From Eubacteriales bacterium (GTDB lineage: Bacteria; Bacillota; Clostridia; Oscillospirales; CAG-382): a stretch of DNA of 45,308 bases. The stretch's first letter is position 1; each line of letters begins with the position of its first letter. Positions 1-11,868 of the stretch are shown piece by piece. Under the pieces are notes generated by a model. It was not told the DNA's origin. It was given only the letters and a program-made list of their open reading frames with translations, and did not search any database. Position numbers and translations under genes: made by a program. The stretch covers positions 1 through 45,308 of the forward strand of contig JAZSLN010000018.1 in the NCBI GenBank assembly GCA_045535385.1, given 5' to 3'.

Positions 1-1051
<1,051 letters not shown>

Positions 1052-1055
1052 TTAC

Positions 1056-4000
1056 TTATTCATCATAATTTTCGGATTCGTCATAAACGAAAACTTCTTC
1101 TTCGAGGCCGAGATCGTCGGGTTCTTCCTCAACAATGGGTTCGAGCGCGCTCAACTCATCGTCGTACATAACCTCGTCGCCGCTCTCGAGAACGCTCTTA
1201 CCGAGCTCTTCCTCGCTGAAGCGTCTTTCATCGGGTCCGTCATCGTCGTCGGAATAATCCTTAAGAGGAATTTCGTTATCGTTCTTGTCAAGCACGCGAA
1301 CGTCAAGCGCAAGCGACTGAAGCTCCTTCGCAAGAACCTTGAACGAAGCGGGAACACCGGGGGTGGGAATATTCTGTCCCTTGACGATAGCTTCGTATGC
1401 CTTTACACGGCCCTTGATATCGTCAGACTTAACGGTAAGAATTTCCTGGAGAGTGTATGCGGCGCCGTATGCTTCGAGCGCCCAAACTTCCATTTCACCG
1501 AAACGCTGACCGCCGAACTGCGCTTTACCGCCCAAGGGCTGCTGAGTAACGAGCGAGTAGGGACCGGTAGAACGAGCGTGGATCTTATCGTCAACGAGGT
1601 GGTGGAGCTTAAGGAAGTACATATAACCGACGGTAACAGGGTTATCGAAGGGCATACCGGTACGTCCGTCGTAAAGAACGGTCTTACCGTCAACAACCTT
1701 GATAAGATTGTCGGCGCGGAGAGCTTCGAATTCGTCCTTGTTGTCGGCGATCCATTCGCGGGAGAGCTTTTCGATATAAGGCTTTCCGCTTTCGGGATCG
1801 ATATTTTCTTTATAAATAGCCTTACCGTCGGGGTTCTCATCATATCTGAGGTCGCGGTAAATATTGGCTTTTGCGAGACATTCTTCGATGTCTTTTTCGT
1901 TCGCTCCGTCGAATACGGGAGTCATTACCTTCCAGTCGAGCGCCTTTGCAGCACGGCCAAGGTGAACCTCAAGAACCTGACCGATATTCATACGGGAAGG
2001 AACGCCCAACGGGTTAAGAACGATGTCAAGAGGAGTACCGTCGGCGAGGAAGGGCATATCTTCGCTCGGAAGGATACGGGAAATAACACCCTTGTTACCG
2101 TGGCGGCCCGCCATCTTATCGCCGACAGAGATCTTTCTCTTCTGAGCGATATAAACTCTGGCAACCTTGATAACACCGGGAGCGAGGATATCACAATCAT
2201 CTCGAGAGAATACCTGAACGTCAACTACGATACCCGATTCGCCGTGAGGAAGCTTCAAGGAAGTATCACGCACTTCACGAGCCTTTTCACCGAAGATCGC
2301 ACGGAGCAATCTTTCTTCTGCGGTAAGCTCGGTTTCACCCTTGGGGGTAACCTTACCTACGAGGATATCGCCGGAATGAACTTCAGCACCGATACGAACG
2401 ATACCATCGGCATCGAGATCGCGAAGCGCGTCGTCGCCGACGTTGGGAAGCTCGCGGGTGATTTCTTCCGGACCGAGCTTGGTATCTCTGGATTCGCAGT
2501 AATATTCTTCAATATGGATAGAGGTATAAACGTCATCACGAACGAGACGCTCATTAAGAAGTACAGCGTCCTCGTAGTTATAGCCTTCCCAGGTCATAAA
2601 GCCGATAAGAACGTTCTTACCGAGCGCGACTTCGCCATGGTCGGTAGCAGGACCGTCGGCAATAACGTCGCCCGCATGGATACGCTCGCCCTTCTTAACG
2701 ATAGGACGCTGGTTTACGCAGGTACCCTGGTTGGAGCGCTTGAACTTGGTGAGGTTATATACGTCTGTACCGCCTTCGTCCTTACGAACGACAACGGTAG
2801 AGGAGGAAACGCTTTCAACGATACCGTCATTCTTACAGATAACGAGAACACCGCTGTCGTATGCAGCCTTGTATTCCATACCCGTACCGATAACGGGAGA
2901 CTCGGTGATCATAAGGGGAACTGCCTGCTTCTGCATGTTCGAACCCATGAGCGCACGAGTGTTATCGTCGTTTTCAAGGAAGGGGATCATCGCGGTAGCG
3001 ACCGAAACAACCATCTTGGGCGAAACGTCCATAAGGTCGATCTTTGCAGCCTCGAATTCGAGGATCTCGTCGCGATGACGTGCAACGACCTTACGGTTCA
3101 AGAAGTTACCGTTTTCGTCGATAGGCTCGTTAGCGGTAGCAACAACGTATTCATCTTCCGCATCAGCGGAGAGATATACAACTTCATCGGTTACGATACC
3201 GTTCTTAACGACACGGTAGGGTGCTTCGATGAAGCCGAATTTATTGATCTTCGCATAAGTAGCAAGCGAAGAAATAAGACCGATGTTAGGACCTTCGGGG
3301 GTTTCGATAGGACACATTCTGCCGTAATGGGTATAGTGAACGTCTCGAACCTCGAAGGATGCTCTATCACGCGAAAGACCGCCGGGACCGAGCGCGGAAA
3401 GTCTTCTCTTGTGGGTAAGCTCCGCGAGGGGGTTCGCCTGATCCATAAACTGGGAAAGAGGGCTCGAACCGAAGAAATCGCGGATCGCCGAAACGATAGG
3501 ACGGATGTTGATAAGCGACTGAGGAGTAACGGTATCGATATCCTGAGTAGTCATCTTTTCCTTGACGATCTTGTCCATTCTCGAGAAGCCGATACGGAGC
3601 TGGTTAAGCAAAAGCTCGCCTACCGAACGTAAACGACGGTTGCCGAGATGGTCGATATCGTCGGTTTTGCCTATTTCGTGGTAGAGACAGGTGATATAGT
3701 TGACCGATGCAAAGATATCATCGATAGTGATATGTTTGGGGATAAGCTCATCATGTGCTCTGTCGCAAGCCTTCTTGAACGCATCAACATCGGAAAGACC
3801 TACTTCGCCGATGATACGCATAAGGGGAGCGAGAGCAACATATTCGCCGAGACCTAAAACATCGTCGGAAATGCCGGTAACGGCAGAAGCGTCAACCATG
3901 TAGTTAGAGAATACCTTAACTTCAACGATTTCGCCTTCTTCCTCGACGTTGAGCCAAACCTCGCAAACACCGGCACGCTCGAGCGCTTCCGCTTCGGAAC

Positions 4001-4973
4001 GCGAGAGCTTTCTGCCCGCTTCGTAGATAAGCTCGCCGGTAACGGGCGAAACGGCATCACGAGCGAGGGTATGACCGGTAATACGCTTTGCAAGAGCTAA
4101 TTTCTTATTAAATTTATATCTGCCGACCGGAGAAATGTCGTATCTCTTCTCGTCAAAGAAGAGGTTGTTTATAAGAATCTGAGCGCTTTCGACGATAGGG
4201 GGATCGCCGGGGCGCAATTTGCGGTAAATTTCCTTAAGAGCTTCATCAACGGGGTTGGTCATACCGCCGGATTGGATAACGCGGTCAACCTCTGCGAGCA
4301 TAGTATCCTTTTCAAAGGTAGCCTTGAGAAGGGGCTCGTCGCCGAATTTTTCAAGAATAGACTCGTTAGAGCCGAGACCGAAAGCGCGAAGCAATACCGT
4401 AATCGGAATCTTACGGTTTTTATCAATACGAACGTAGAATACGTCCGAGTTGTCGGTTTCGTATTCAAGCCACGCACCGCGATAAGGGATAACGGTAGCG
4501 GCAAGGAGATGTCTGCCGGATTTGTCGTCGATTGCTTCGTAATAAATACCGGGCGAGCGGACGACCTGAGATACAACGACACGTTCCGCGCCGTTGATAA
4601 TAAAGGTACCGCTGTCCGTCATGAGCGGGAAATCGCCCATGTAGATCTCCTGCTCCTTAACCTCGCTGGTAATCTTGTTCGTAAGACGAACGGTTACCTT
4701 GAAGGGGGTAGCATAGTTGAGATCGCGTTCTTTACACTCTGCGATGCTGTACTTAGGTGCTTCATCGAGAGAGTAATCGACGAATTCAATGATAAGGTTA
4801 CCCGAATAGTCTGCCATCGGCGAGATATCCCTTAATACATCACCGATATCGCGTTCCACAAAATCTTTGAAGGACTTTTTCTGCACTTCGATAAGATTAG
4901 GAATTTCGAGAACCTCATCGTTCTTGGAAAAAGACATTCTGAGATTTTTTCCGAGAAGTCGTTCTTTCACCAT
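1056..4973 (-). CDS. rpoB: RNA polymerase beta subunit
   Basis: Motifs [72 protein letters not shown]. Start placed at ATG 4973 ([12 protein letters not shown] upstream) rather than the ORF-track 5102. Confidence 0.98.
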   Translation of the reverse strand: MVKERLLGKNLRMSFSKNDEVLEIPNLIEVQKKSFKDFVERDIGDVLRDISPMADYSGNLIIEFVDYSLDEAPKYSIAECKERDLNYATPFKVTVRLTNKITSEVKEQEIYMGDFPLMTDSGTFIINGAERVVVSQVVRSPGIYYEAIDDKSGRHLLAATVIPYRGAWLEYETDNSDVFYVRIDKNRKIPITVLLRAFGLGSNESILEKFGDEPLLKATFEKDTMLAEVDRVIQSGGMTNPVDEALKEIYRKLRPGDPPIVESAQILINNLFFDEKRYDISPVGRYKFNKKLALAKRITGHTLARDAVSPVTGELIYEAGRKLSRSEAEALERAGVCEVWLNVEEEGEIVEVKVFSNYMVDASAVTGISDDVLGLGEYVALAPLMRIIGEVGLSDVDAFKKACDRAHDELIPKHITIDDIFASVNYITCLYHEIGKTDDIDHLGNRRLRSVGELLLNQLRIGFSRMDKIVKEKMTTQDIDTVTPQSLINIRPIVSAIRDFFGSSPLSQFMDQANPLAELTHKRRLSALGPGGLSRDRASFEVRDVHYTHYGRMCPIETPEGPNIGLISSLATYAKINKFGFIEAPYRVVKNGIVTDEVVYLSADAEDEYVVATANEPIDENGNFLNRKVVARHRDEILEFEAAKIDLMDVSPKMVVSVATAMIPFLENDDNTRALMGSNMQKQAVPLMITESPVIGTGMEYKAAYDSGVLVICKNDGIVESVSSSTVVVRKDEGGTDVYNLTKFKRSNQGTCVNQRPIVKKGERIHAGDVIADGPATDHGEVALGKNVLIGFMTWEGYNYEDAVLLNERLVRDDVYTSIHIEEYYCESRDTKLGPEEITRELPNVGDDALRDLDADGIVRIGAEVHSGDILVGKVTPKGETELTAEERLLRAIFGEKAREVRDTSLKLPHGESGIVVDVQVFSRDDCDILAPGVIKVARVYIAQKRKISVGDKMAGRHGNKGVISRILPSEDMPFLADGTPLDIVLNPLGVPSRMNIGQVLEVHLGRAAKALDWKVMTPVFDGANEKDIEECLAKANIYRDLRYDENPDGKAIYKENIDPESGKPYIEKLSREWIADNKDEFEALRADNLIKVVDGKTVLYDGRTGMPFDNPVTVGYMYFLKLHHLVDDKIHARSTGPYSLVTQQPLGGKAQFGGQRFGEMEVWALEAYGAAYTLQEILTVKSDDIKGRVKAYEAIVKGQNIPTPGVPASFKVLAKELQSLALDVRVLDKNDNEIPLKDYSDDDDGPDERRFSEEELGKSVLESGDEVMYDDELSALEPIVEEEPDDLGLEEEVFVYDESENYDE

Positions 4974-5118
4974 TTGACCAATCACTCCATTCATTTTCTC
5001 CGCTTTTTCTAAGCGGGAATATCCACGGTGTTCGTTCTCCGGTGCGGAAAAACAGCACATTTTGTCATCATAGTTCAGACATTTATGGCATATCATCCGC
5101 ATTATAATGCAGTTTACT

Positions 5119-5147
5119 ATATTAACACCTTTTCAAGTGCTTGTCAA
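5119..5147 (-). promoter_or_regulatory. Putative sigma-A promoter of rpoBC
   Basis: TTGACA (5147-5142), 17-nt spacer, TAATAT (5124-5119). Confidence 0.65.
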
Positions 5148-5258
5148 GTGTTTTTTACGAATTTTCTATTGAATTTTAACAAAATCAGATTATTTTTTAT
5201 TGAATTTAGCGGAATGATGGTCTATTATATATATAATAGGTAAAGGGAGGGCGGAAAA

Positions 5259-6230
5259 ATGCCGAAATCGAGCAACCAAAAACAAAAACTCACCGTTTTG
5301 CGTTCGATTCTTTTGGAATATACCTCGAAAACACATCCGATGACGATGAAAGAGATAATCACCGAGCTCAAAAGCCGAGGCATTTCCGCCGAAAGAAAGA
5401 GCATCTACAACGATATCGAGATCCTTAAAATGCTCGGAACCGATATAAAAACCGTAAGAGAAAAAAGTGTCGGTTATTACGTCGACCAACGCGATTTCGA
5501 AACATCCGAGCTCAAGCTCCTTGTCGATGCGGTAAGCTCTTCTAAATTCATTCCCGAAAGCCAAAGCAAGCAATTGATAAAGAAGCTGACCTCGCTTACA
5601 AACATATACGACCGACCCTCTCTGAACAGATCGGTGTTTGTTTCCGACCGTGCAAATTCGGTCGACAGCGACGTTTTGGACAACGTAGACAAAATACATA
5701 TAGCCATCGAAACCGACCGTGATATAGCATTCTCTTATTTTCAGTGGACCCCCGAAAAGACAAAAGAGCTTCGCCGCGACGGAGCGCGCTACCGTGTAAG
5801 CCCCTGGGCTCTCGTCTGGGACGACAACAACTATTACCTTGTCGGATACGACGATGCTTACGGCGAGATGCGTCATTACCGCGTAGACAAAATGATTCGT
5901 GTCGGTATAACCGATTTCCCGAGAAGAGGAAAGGAGGACTTCAAAAAATTCAACATTTCCTCCTATTCAAAATCGGTCTTCGGAATGTTCGGCGGTGCGC
6001 CGATGAAGATAACCCTCTCCTGCGCCAACCGTCTTGCAAACACGATGCTCGACCGTTTCGGAAACGATACCGTTATATTAAAAGACGGCGACAGGTTCAG
6101 AATAACCGTAAACATCGTGCCGAGTCCCGTTTTCTTCGGCTGGGTTTTGAGCTTCGGCGGCGAGGTTAAAATCCTATCACCCGAAAGCGTCGCAAAAAAT
6201 CTGGACAGCCTCATCGAGTCTTTTAGGTAG
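5259..6230 (+). CDS. WYL-domain transcriptional regulator (wHTH-WYL-WCX, YafY/PafBC-like)
   Basis: N-terminal wHTH (ERKSIYNDIEIL), WYL core (VSPWALVWDDNNYYLVGYD...RHYRVDKM), WCX-like tail (FFGWVLSFGGEVKILSP); GGGAGG RBS. Confidence 0.9.
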   Translation: MPKSSNQKQKLTVLRSILLEYTSKTHPMTMKEIITELKSRGISAERKSIYNDIEILKMLGTDIKTVREKSVGYYVDQRDFETSELKLLVDAVSSSKFIPESQSKQLIKKLTSLTNIYDRPSLNRSVFVSDRANSVDSDVLDNVDKIHIAIETDRDIAFSYFQWTPEKTKELRRDGARYRVSPWALVWDDNNYYLVGYDDAYGEMRHYRVDKMIRVGITDFPRRGKEDFKKFNISSYSKSVFGMFGGAPMKITLSCANRLANTMLDRFGNDTVILKDGDRFRITVNIVPSPVFFGWVLSFGGEVKILSPESVAKNLDSLIESFR

Positions 6231-6289
6231 ATTTAAGAAAAAACAAGTACAATCCCTACGTTAACAAAAGCCGAAAGGAGATAACGCTT

Positions 6290-7027
6290 ATGGATATATA
6301 TATTTTCAAGCGCGTTGAAAAGAAATACCGCGTCGATCTCCGAAAAAAGCAGGAATTGCTATCCGCGATAGGAGAATATCTCGTTCCCGACGAACACGGA
6401 AAAAACACTATTATGAGCCTTTATATAGATACTCCCGACTATCTGCTGATACGTAATTCGATAGATGCAAAGGTCTATAAAGAAAAGCTTCGTCTGCGAA
6501 GCTACGGCACCCCCGAAAAAGACACCAAGGTTTTCCTCGAAATAAAAAAGAAATATAAAGGTGTTGTCTACAAGCGAAGGATATCGCTTCCGCTCGACCA
6601 AGCATACCAATACATAGAAACCCGCAACCGTCCCGAGGAATCACAGATAATGGACGAAATCGATTACGCGATGGATTTTTACCGTAATCCAAAGCCTATG
6701 ATGCTCGTTTCCTACGAACGCGAAGCATATTTCGCAAAGGATATGCCGACCGTGCGCCTGACCTTCGATTCGTCCGTCCGCTACCGAGAATCCGATCTGT
6801 TTTTGGAGAAGGGCTCTGACGGAAACGTCATTCTCCCCGAAAACGAGTTTATTTTGGAAATCAAAACCGACGGCGCGCTCCCCCTATGGCTCGTCCACGC
6901 GCTCGACAAATGCAATATATTCCCTGTTTCCTATTCGAAATACGGCACTGCTTACCGAACGAGGCTAAGCGACGCCCCCGAATCAGCTATCATTAAAGGA
7001 GAAGAAAAATATGTCTGTACTGTTTGA
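6290..7027 (+). CDS. VTC (polyphosphate polymerase-like, CYTH fold) domain protein
   Basis: FKRVEKKY, SLYIDT, KEKLRLRSY, FLEIKKK, YEREAY, RLTFD, ILEIK, SKYG motifs typical of bacterial VTC proteins; AAAGGAG RBS. Confidence 0.9.
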   Translation: MDIYIFKRVEKKYRVDLRKKQELLSAIGEYLVPDEHGKNTIMSLYIDTPDYLLIRNSIDAKVYKEKLRLRSYGTPEKDTKVFLEIKKKYKGVVYKRRISLPLDQAYQYIETRNRPEESQIMDEIDYAMDFYRNPKPMMLVSYEREAYFAKDMPTVRLTFDSSVRYRESDLFLEKGSDGNVILPENEFILEIKTDGALPLWLVHALDKCNIFPVSYSKYGTAYRTRLSDAPESAIIKGEEKYVCTV

Positions 7028-7679
7028 ATCGATAATAACCGGAGGAATAACCGCTTCAGGATTCTTCATATGCCTTCTTTCGGCATTGATATGCGGTATA
7101 ATCACCGCCTTCGGCGCATCCTTTAAGACCCAAACCACAAAAAGCTTTTTGGTGTCGCTCATCCTTTTGCCGATGATCGTTTCGACTGTTATAACTATGG
7201 TTAACGGAAACATCGGCACCGGCGTTGCGGTAATGGGTGCATTTTCGCTCGTCAGATTCCGCTCGGTTCCCGGCAAAGCGAAGGATATCGCGGCGATTTT
7301 TCTTTCGATGACGGCAGGCTTGGCTTGTGCGGGCGGGTTCGTAGCAATAGCGTTGTTGTTTACCGTTATCGTATGTGCCGTTATGATAATTCTTTCGTTT
7401 ATCCCCTTCGGCGATGACAAAACCCTCCTTCTCCAGATAACCGTTCCCGAAAGCCTTAATTTTTCGGATGCATTCGAGGATATTTTCAAGGAATACGCAA
7501 ACAAGCACCGACTCACCCAAACAAAAACGAGCAATATGGGAAGCCTTTTTAAGCTCACCTACAAAATCGAGCTTAAGGACCGCGCAAAAACCAAAGAATT
7601 TATCGACAAGCTCCGTTGCCGTAACGGCAACCTCGAAATTTCGGTTTCCGAAAATCCCGAAGGAGGCGAAGAGCTTTGA
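7011..7679 (+). CDS. DUF4956 family membrane protein (MgtC/SapB-like N-terminus)
   Basis: VNGNIGTGVAVMGAFSLVRFRS and LRCRNGNLEI signatures; usual position after a VTC gene, overlapping it. Confidence 0.88.
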   Translation: MSVLFESIITGGITASGFFICLLSALICGIITAFGASFKTQTTKSFLVSLILLPMIVSTVITMVNGNIGTGVAVMGAFSLVRFRSVPGKAKDIAAIFLSMTAGLACAGGFVAIALLFTVIVCAVMIILSFIPFGDDKTLLLQITVPESLNFSDAFEDIFKEYANKHRLTQTKTSNMGSLFKLTYKIELKDRAKTKEFIDKLRCRNGNLEISVSENPEGGEEL

Positions 7680-9445
7680 AAAAAGCAAAAGTTATCGCGG
7701 TTATCGTTGCTTCGCTTTTGGTTCTTTCGGCTTGCGACGAAGCCTCCGTCGACGAAAGCGCGGTTTCTGTCCCCGCCGTTCCCGAAGGAACGATTCCCGA
7801 AGACCTTTCGCTCAATGACACCTCGGGGATGGATTTCGCCTTTACCGACCGCGACCTGAAAACAGAATACGACGAAAAAACCGAATCGCTTTCGGGAAAA
7901 GAGATCAATATAAGCGCCGAGGGCACTTATGTGCTTTCGGGCGATATAACGTCGGTAACTGTCAATGCCGCCGACACCGCGAAAATCCGAATCGAGCTTG
8001 ACAACGCGAAAATTAACAACCCGAACGGACCTGCGATTTATATCTCAAAGGCTGACAAGGTTTTCATAACCGCTAAAGAAAACACCGAAAACGAGATTTC
8101 CGACGGAAGCGGATATACCTATTCTTCGGATGCCGATGCCGACGGTGCGATATTCTCGCGCGCCGACCTGACGGTAAACGGAAGCGGCAAGATCACCGTA
8201 AACGGAAACAACAAACACGGTATCGTTTCGAAGGATGACCTAATTATCGCAAGCTGTAACTTGGACGTAACCGCAAAAAACGTTGCGATAAACGGCAAGG
8301 ACTGCATAAAAATAAACGAAAGCACCATAAAAGCCGTTTCCGGAACCGATGGGCTCCGCTCGGATAACGACGAAGACAGCACACGCGGATTTATTTATAT
8401 CCAAAGCGGAAAAATCGACATAACCTCGGGCAACGACGGTATTCAGGCTCAAACCACCTTGCGTATCGACAACTGCGACCTCACCGTCTCGGCAGGCGGC
8501 GGAAGCGGAGGAACGCTTCAAAATTCCGAGGATTCTTTCAAGGGAATAAAATCAACTTCGGATATTCTTATTTACAACGGTAATTTCACAATAAACTCCA
8601 AGGACGACTGTGTCCATTCGAACAACACCGTTTGCATCACGAACGGCAAGTTCTCCCTTTCTTCGGGGGATGACGGAATCCACGCCGACACCGATCTATC
8701 CATCTCGGGCGGCGAAGTGAAGATTTCGAAAAGCTACGAAGGGTTGGAATCCAGCCGAATATTCATTTCGGGCGGTAACATCGACCTGACCGCTTCGGAC
8801 GACGGACTCAATGCCGCGGGCGGTAACGATTCCTCGGCGGTCGCAGGCCGTCCCGGTATGGGCGGTTTCTCTAACGGCATCGGCGAAATTATTATTTCGG
8901 GCGGCCAAACCGTTATAAACGCATCGGGCGACGGCATCGACTCGAACGGAACCATTTCGGTTACGGGCGGTGTAACTCTCGTAAGCGGACCTACGAATAA
9001 CGGAAACGGTTCTTTCGACTACGACGGAAGCGCAACTGTTACGGGAGGCGTATTGATCGCGCTCGGAAGCTCGGGAATGGCTCAAAGCTTCACCAACGCC
9101 GAGAATCAAGGTGTTATATTCCTTAACGTCGGCAACCAACAGGCAGGAACGGTTTTCAAGCTTTGCGACGAAAACGGCAAAGAAATAACCTCCTTCACCC
9201 CTGCCAAAGCTTACCAAACAGCGGTCGTAACCGCACCTCAGATCCTTGACGGAAAGACATATAAGATAGTCTGCGGTGAAACCGAAGTTTCAAGCGTTAC
9301 TATGAGCGGACTCCTCTACGGCGGCTCGGGAATGGGTATGCCCGGAGGAATGCCCGGTGGCCCCGGCGGCCACGGAGGAAATACCGGCAGACCTCCCGAA
9401 GGCGAAACTCCTCCCGAAAGACCTACCCCTCCCGGTCGTTGGTAG
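7676..9445 (+). CDS. Lipoprotein with Cthe_2159-type (DUF4353) beta-helix carbohydrate-binding domain
   Basis: TTG start overlapping the upstream TGA, AGGAGG RBS, lipobox LSAC, repeated DG(I/L)xS/A beta-helix turns, Gly/Met/Pro-rich tail; usual third gene of VTC-DUF4956 operons. Confidence 0.85.
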   Translation: MKKAKVIAVIVASLLVLSACDEASVDESAVSVPAVPEGTIPEDLSLNDTSGMDFAFTDRDLKTEYDEKTESLSGKEINISAEGTYVLSGDITSVTVNAADTAKIRIELDNAKINNPNGPAIYISKADKVFITAKENTENEISDGSGYTYSSDADADGAIFSRADLTVNGSGKITVNGNNKHGIVSKDDLIIASCNLDVTAKNVAINGKDCIKINESTIKAVSGTDGLRSDNDEDSTRGFIYIQSGKIDITSGNDGIQAQTTLRIDNCDLTVSAGGGSGGTLQNSEDSFKGIKSTSDILIYNGNFTINSKDDCVHSNNTVCITNGKFSLSSGDDGIHADTDLSISGGEVKISKSYEGLESSRIFISGGNIDLTASDDGLNAAGGNDSSAVAGRPGMGGFSNGIGEIIISGGQTVINASGDGIDSNGTISVTGGVTLVSGPTNNGNGSFDYDGSATVTGGVLIALGSSGMAQSFTNAENQGVIFLNVGNQQAGTVFKLCDENGKEITSFTPAKAYQTAVVTAPQILDGKTYKIVCGETEVSSVTMSGLLYGGSGMGMPGGMPGGPGGHGGNTGRPPEGETPPERPTPPGRW

Positions 9446-9500
9446 TTAACCACGCCGCAGAATACGGATTATAACCCTAAACTCATAACTAAAAGACCCT

Positions 9501-9533
9501 ATTGAGGCGTACTTATACTAAGTGCGCCTCAAT
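9501..9533 (+). terminator. Hairpin after the VTC operon
   Basis: attgaggcgtactta-tac-taagtgcgcctcaat inverted repeat 55 nt after the stop. Confidence 0.55.
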
Positions 9534-9610
9534 AATATTTTGTCGGAAACATATTGCCTTGCCCCCAAAAAACCGTTCGCCTTCTCTACAAATATTGGAA
9601 ATATGATATA

Positions 9611-9678
9611 ACACTTTCAAATATGAAAGTGTCTTTTTTGCATAAAAAGGAGACGCCTTCTTAACGAAGCGTCTCCTT
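9611..9678. repeat. 68-bp direct repeat, copy 1 (two hairpins, includes the terminator of the LRR gene)
   Basis: acactttcaaatatgaaagtgtcttttttgcataaaaaggagacgccttcttaacgaagcgtctcctt; 67/68 identical to 11869-11936. Confidence 0.95.
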
Positions 9679-9694
9679 TGAGTCGTTTTTGTGA

Positions 9695-11365
9695 TTATGA
9701 ATTGAAGTATGCTGACTTGACTGCCGCATAGTCAAACATATTTACCTTTCCGTCACCGTTTATATCGGCACGTTCAAGCATAGCTTCGTCGTTTGTGCCA
9801 ACGAAATAAGTGCTCTTGACCGCAAGGTAGTCTAGCATATTTATTTTGTTGTCACCGTTAACATCACACGGGATAAATTCATCTGCGCCGAGTGTTTCGA
9901 GTACAGAACCGCAATTCGAACACACCTTTTCCTTCGTTCCGTCATTAAGTACGTACCAAACGCATTTTTCGTGTTCGCACTTGATGTTGTTGTATGCGTT
10001 AATAAGAGGCTCGTTCCCTTCTTCGATGGTTATGCTTTCCCAATCCTCTTTGGTTCCGAGATAATTTACGGTGGTCAACGCGGAGCAACCGGTGAAAGCA
10101 TAATTGCCGACATACGTAACCGCCTTGGGAATGTATATGCTTGTCAAGCCAACACAATTGCCGAAAGATGCCCAGCCGATGGTTGTAACGCTCTCGGGAA
10201 TATCGACGCTTGTTAAGTTCGTGCAGTTATTGAAAGCGTCAGGCCAAATCGCGGTAATTCCTTCGGGAATAGTTATCTGTTTCAATTCTTTACAGCCTTC
10301 GAATGCCGAAGAGCCGATTATTGTAACCGAACCATCGTTGGGGATGGTACTGTTTTTGCATCCCAAAACAAGAGTCGAAGTTGTTATATCAATAAGACAG
10401 TTGTTGACGCTTTTGAATACTTTATTATTTTCGTCTACGGTAATAGATTCGAGAGAAGCTGCGCATCCGTCAAAAGCCCATTCGAGTTGAGAAACCTTTT
10501 CGGGAATATGAATGCTGCGCAATGCCGAGCAATTTTCAAACGCATAGCTCCATATAGATGTAACGCTTTCGGCGATAGATATACTTTCCAAACTCGTACA
10601 ACCGCTGAAAGCGCTGTCCTCTATTGCGGTAATACCCTCCGGAACAGTAAAGCTCGTCAGCCTTGTGCAGCCTCGGAACATATGACCGGTGATGTTACCG
10701 ACGCTTGCGGTCATAGTTACGCTTTCAAGGTTTACGCAGTTTTGGAATACGGATGTGCCGAGGGTTGTAACGCTTTCGGGAATCCTTAGGCTTGTTAAGC
10801 TTTCGCAACCCGAGAAGGCTCGATAACCGATAGAAGCAACCTTGTCGGGTATTGTTATTTCTGTCAAGGATACACAGTTCTCAAAAGCGTTGTTTTCGAT
10901 AGAAACAAGGTCTTTGGGGAGAATTGCGCCTTCAAGGCTCGAACAATTCTTAAAGGATGCATAGCCGATTGTTGTTACATATTGAGGAATTACTATGTTT
11001 TTCAAATCCGAGCATCCCTCGAAAGCGGATTTTCCAATCTCATCGATGGTGTTGGCAAGTAGGACGTATGAAAGTGAGGTATGTCCGTAAAATGCATATG
11101 AGCCTATGCTTCTAACGGTGTCTTCGATGACGACGTGCGTAATTAAGTTTTTGTGTTGATCCCATGGTATCGTCGTTGATTCGGAGTAACTCCACATTTT
11201 GCCGTCGCCCGATATGGTAAGCATCCCGGTTTCTCGGTCAAAAGCCCAACGCACATTTGGTCCGACATAACCCGAGTACTCAAGCGCAAAGGTACTAAGA
11301 GGACATAGCATAAGAACAAAAACAATAGCAAGCAGCAGTGAAAAAGCTCGTTGTTTGATTTTCAT
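9695..11365 (-). CDS. Secreted BspA-type (LRR_5) leucine-rich-repeat protein with C-terminal dockerin
   Basis: Signal peptide; many IGxxAFxxCxxLxxIxIPxxV repeats; Cys/His linker; duplicated Ca-binding loops CDVNGDNKINMLDY and ADINGDGKVNMFDY. Confidence 0.92.
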   Translation of the reverse strand: MKIKQRAFSLLLAIVFVLMLCPLSTFALEYSGYVGPNVRWAFDRETGMLTISGDGKMWSYSESTTIPWDQHKNLITHVVIEDTVRSIGSYAFYGHTSLSYVLLANTIDEIGKSAFEGCSDLKNIVIPQYVTTIGYASFKNCSSLEGAILPKDLVSIENNAFENCVSLTEITIPDKVASIGYRAFSGCESLTSLRIPESVTTLGTSVFQNCVNLESVTMTASVGNITGHMFRGCTRLTSFTVPEGITAIEDSAFSGCTSLESISIAESVTSIWSYAFENCSALRSIHIPEKVSQLEWAFDGCAASLESITVDENNKVFKSVNNCLIDITTSTLVLGCKNSTIPNDGSVTIIGSSAFEGCKELKQITIPEGITAIWPDAFNNCTNLTSVDIPESVTTIGWASFGNCVGLTSIYIPKAVTYVGNYAFTGCSALTTVNYLGTKEDWESITIEEGNEPLINAYNNIKCEHEKCVWYVLNDGTKEKVCSNCGSVLETLGADEFIPCDVNGDNKINMLDYLAVKSTYFVGTNDEAMLERADINGDGKVNMFDYAAVKSAYFNS

Positions 11366-11404
11366 TTCGATTAATCTCCTTTACATATGGTTATCAGCAA
11401 TAAC

Positions 11405-11433
11405 ATATTATCACTATAAATATAATATGTCAA
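11405..11433 (-). promoter_or_regulatory. Putative sigma-A promoter of the LRR-dockerin gene
   Basis: TTGACA (11433-11428), 17 nt, TAATAT; lies in the AT-rich region shared with the divergent XRE gene. Confidence 0.55.
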
Positions 11434-11494
11434 GTCTATATCTGTAATTATTTATCTCTTTAGAATATATAATTAAAGAAAAAAGAGGTGTGTT

Positions 11495-11794
11495 ATGGAC
11501 GTAAGCAAGCGAATTACGCAATTACGCGAGGCGAGAGGAATGACGACTAATAAACTCGCTAACCGCGCCGGAATATCCCAAAGCTATCTTCGTGAAATAG
11601 AACTCAGCGCGAAAAACCCTACGGTCGAAACACTTTCGTATATATGCGATGCTCTCGGAATTTCACTCGCTGAATTTTTCTCTGACGATTCATCGGGAGT
11701 CCAACCGTTCGTGATATCCGCTATTAAATTATTGAACGAGGATGAACAAATAAAACTCGCCGATTTTATAAACACGCTAAAGAAAAACCAATAA
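11495..11794 (+). CDS. XRE-family HTH transcriptional regulator
   Basis: RITQLREARGMTTNKLANRAGISQSYLREIE...NPTVETLSYICDALGISLAEFF; GAGG RBS. Confidence 0.9.
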   Translation: MDVSKRITQLREARGMTTNKLANRAGISQSYLREIELSAKNPTVETLSYICDALGISLAEFFSDDSSGVQPFVISAIKLLNEDEQIKLADFINTLKKNQ

Positions 11795-11868
11795 TTAAAA
11801 TCGGCTCATCCGACGTTGATATATGTTTAACTTCGTTCGTTTTCTCGACAAGTATTAAAAACGATATG

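Noticed and set aside
4974-5102. ORF-track N-terminal extensions of rpoB (also lepB, thiT, spoIIID, DUF1295 and paralogue 2)
   Set aside because: Downstream starts have better RBSs and match family N-termini; the extensions run through promoters, leaders or terminators.
5259-6230. WYL gene as marker of an anti-phage defence island
   Set aside because: Neighbours are rpoB and a VTC operon; no nuclease, CBASS, BREX or restriction-modification genes are seen.
9320-9440. Gly/Pro/Met-rich low-complexity repeat
   Set aside because: Ordinary disordered tail of Cthe_2159-type lipoproteins, not a DNA-level repeat element.
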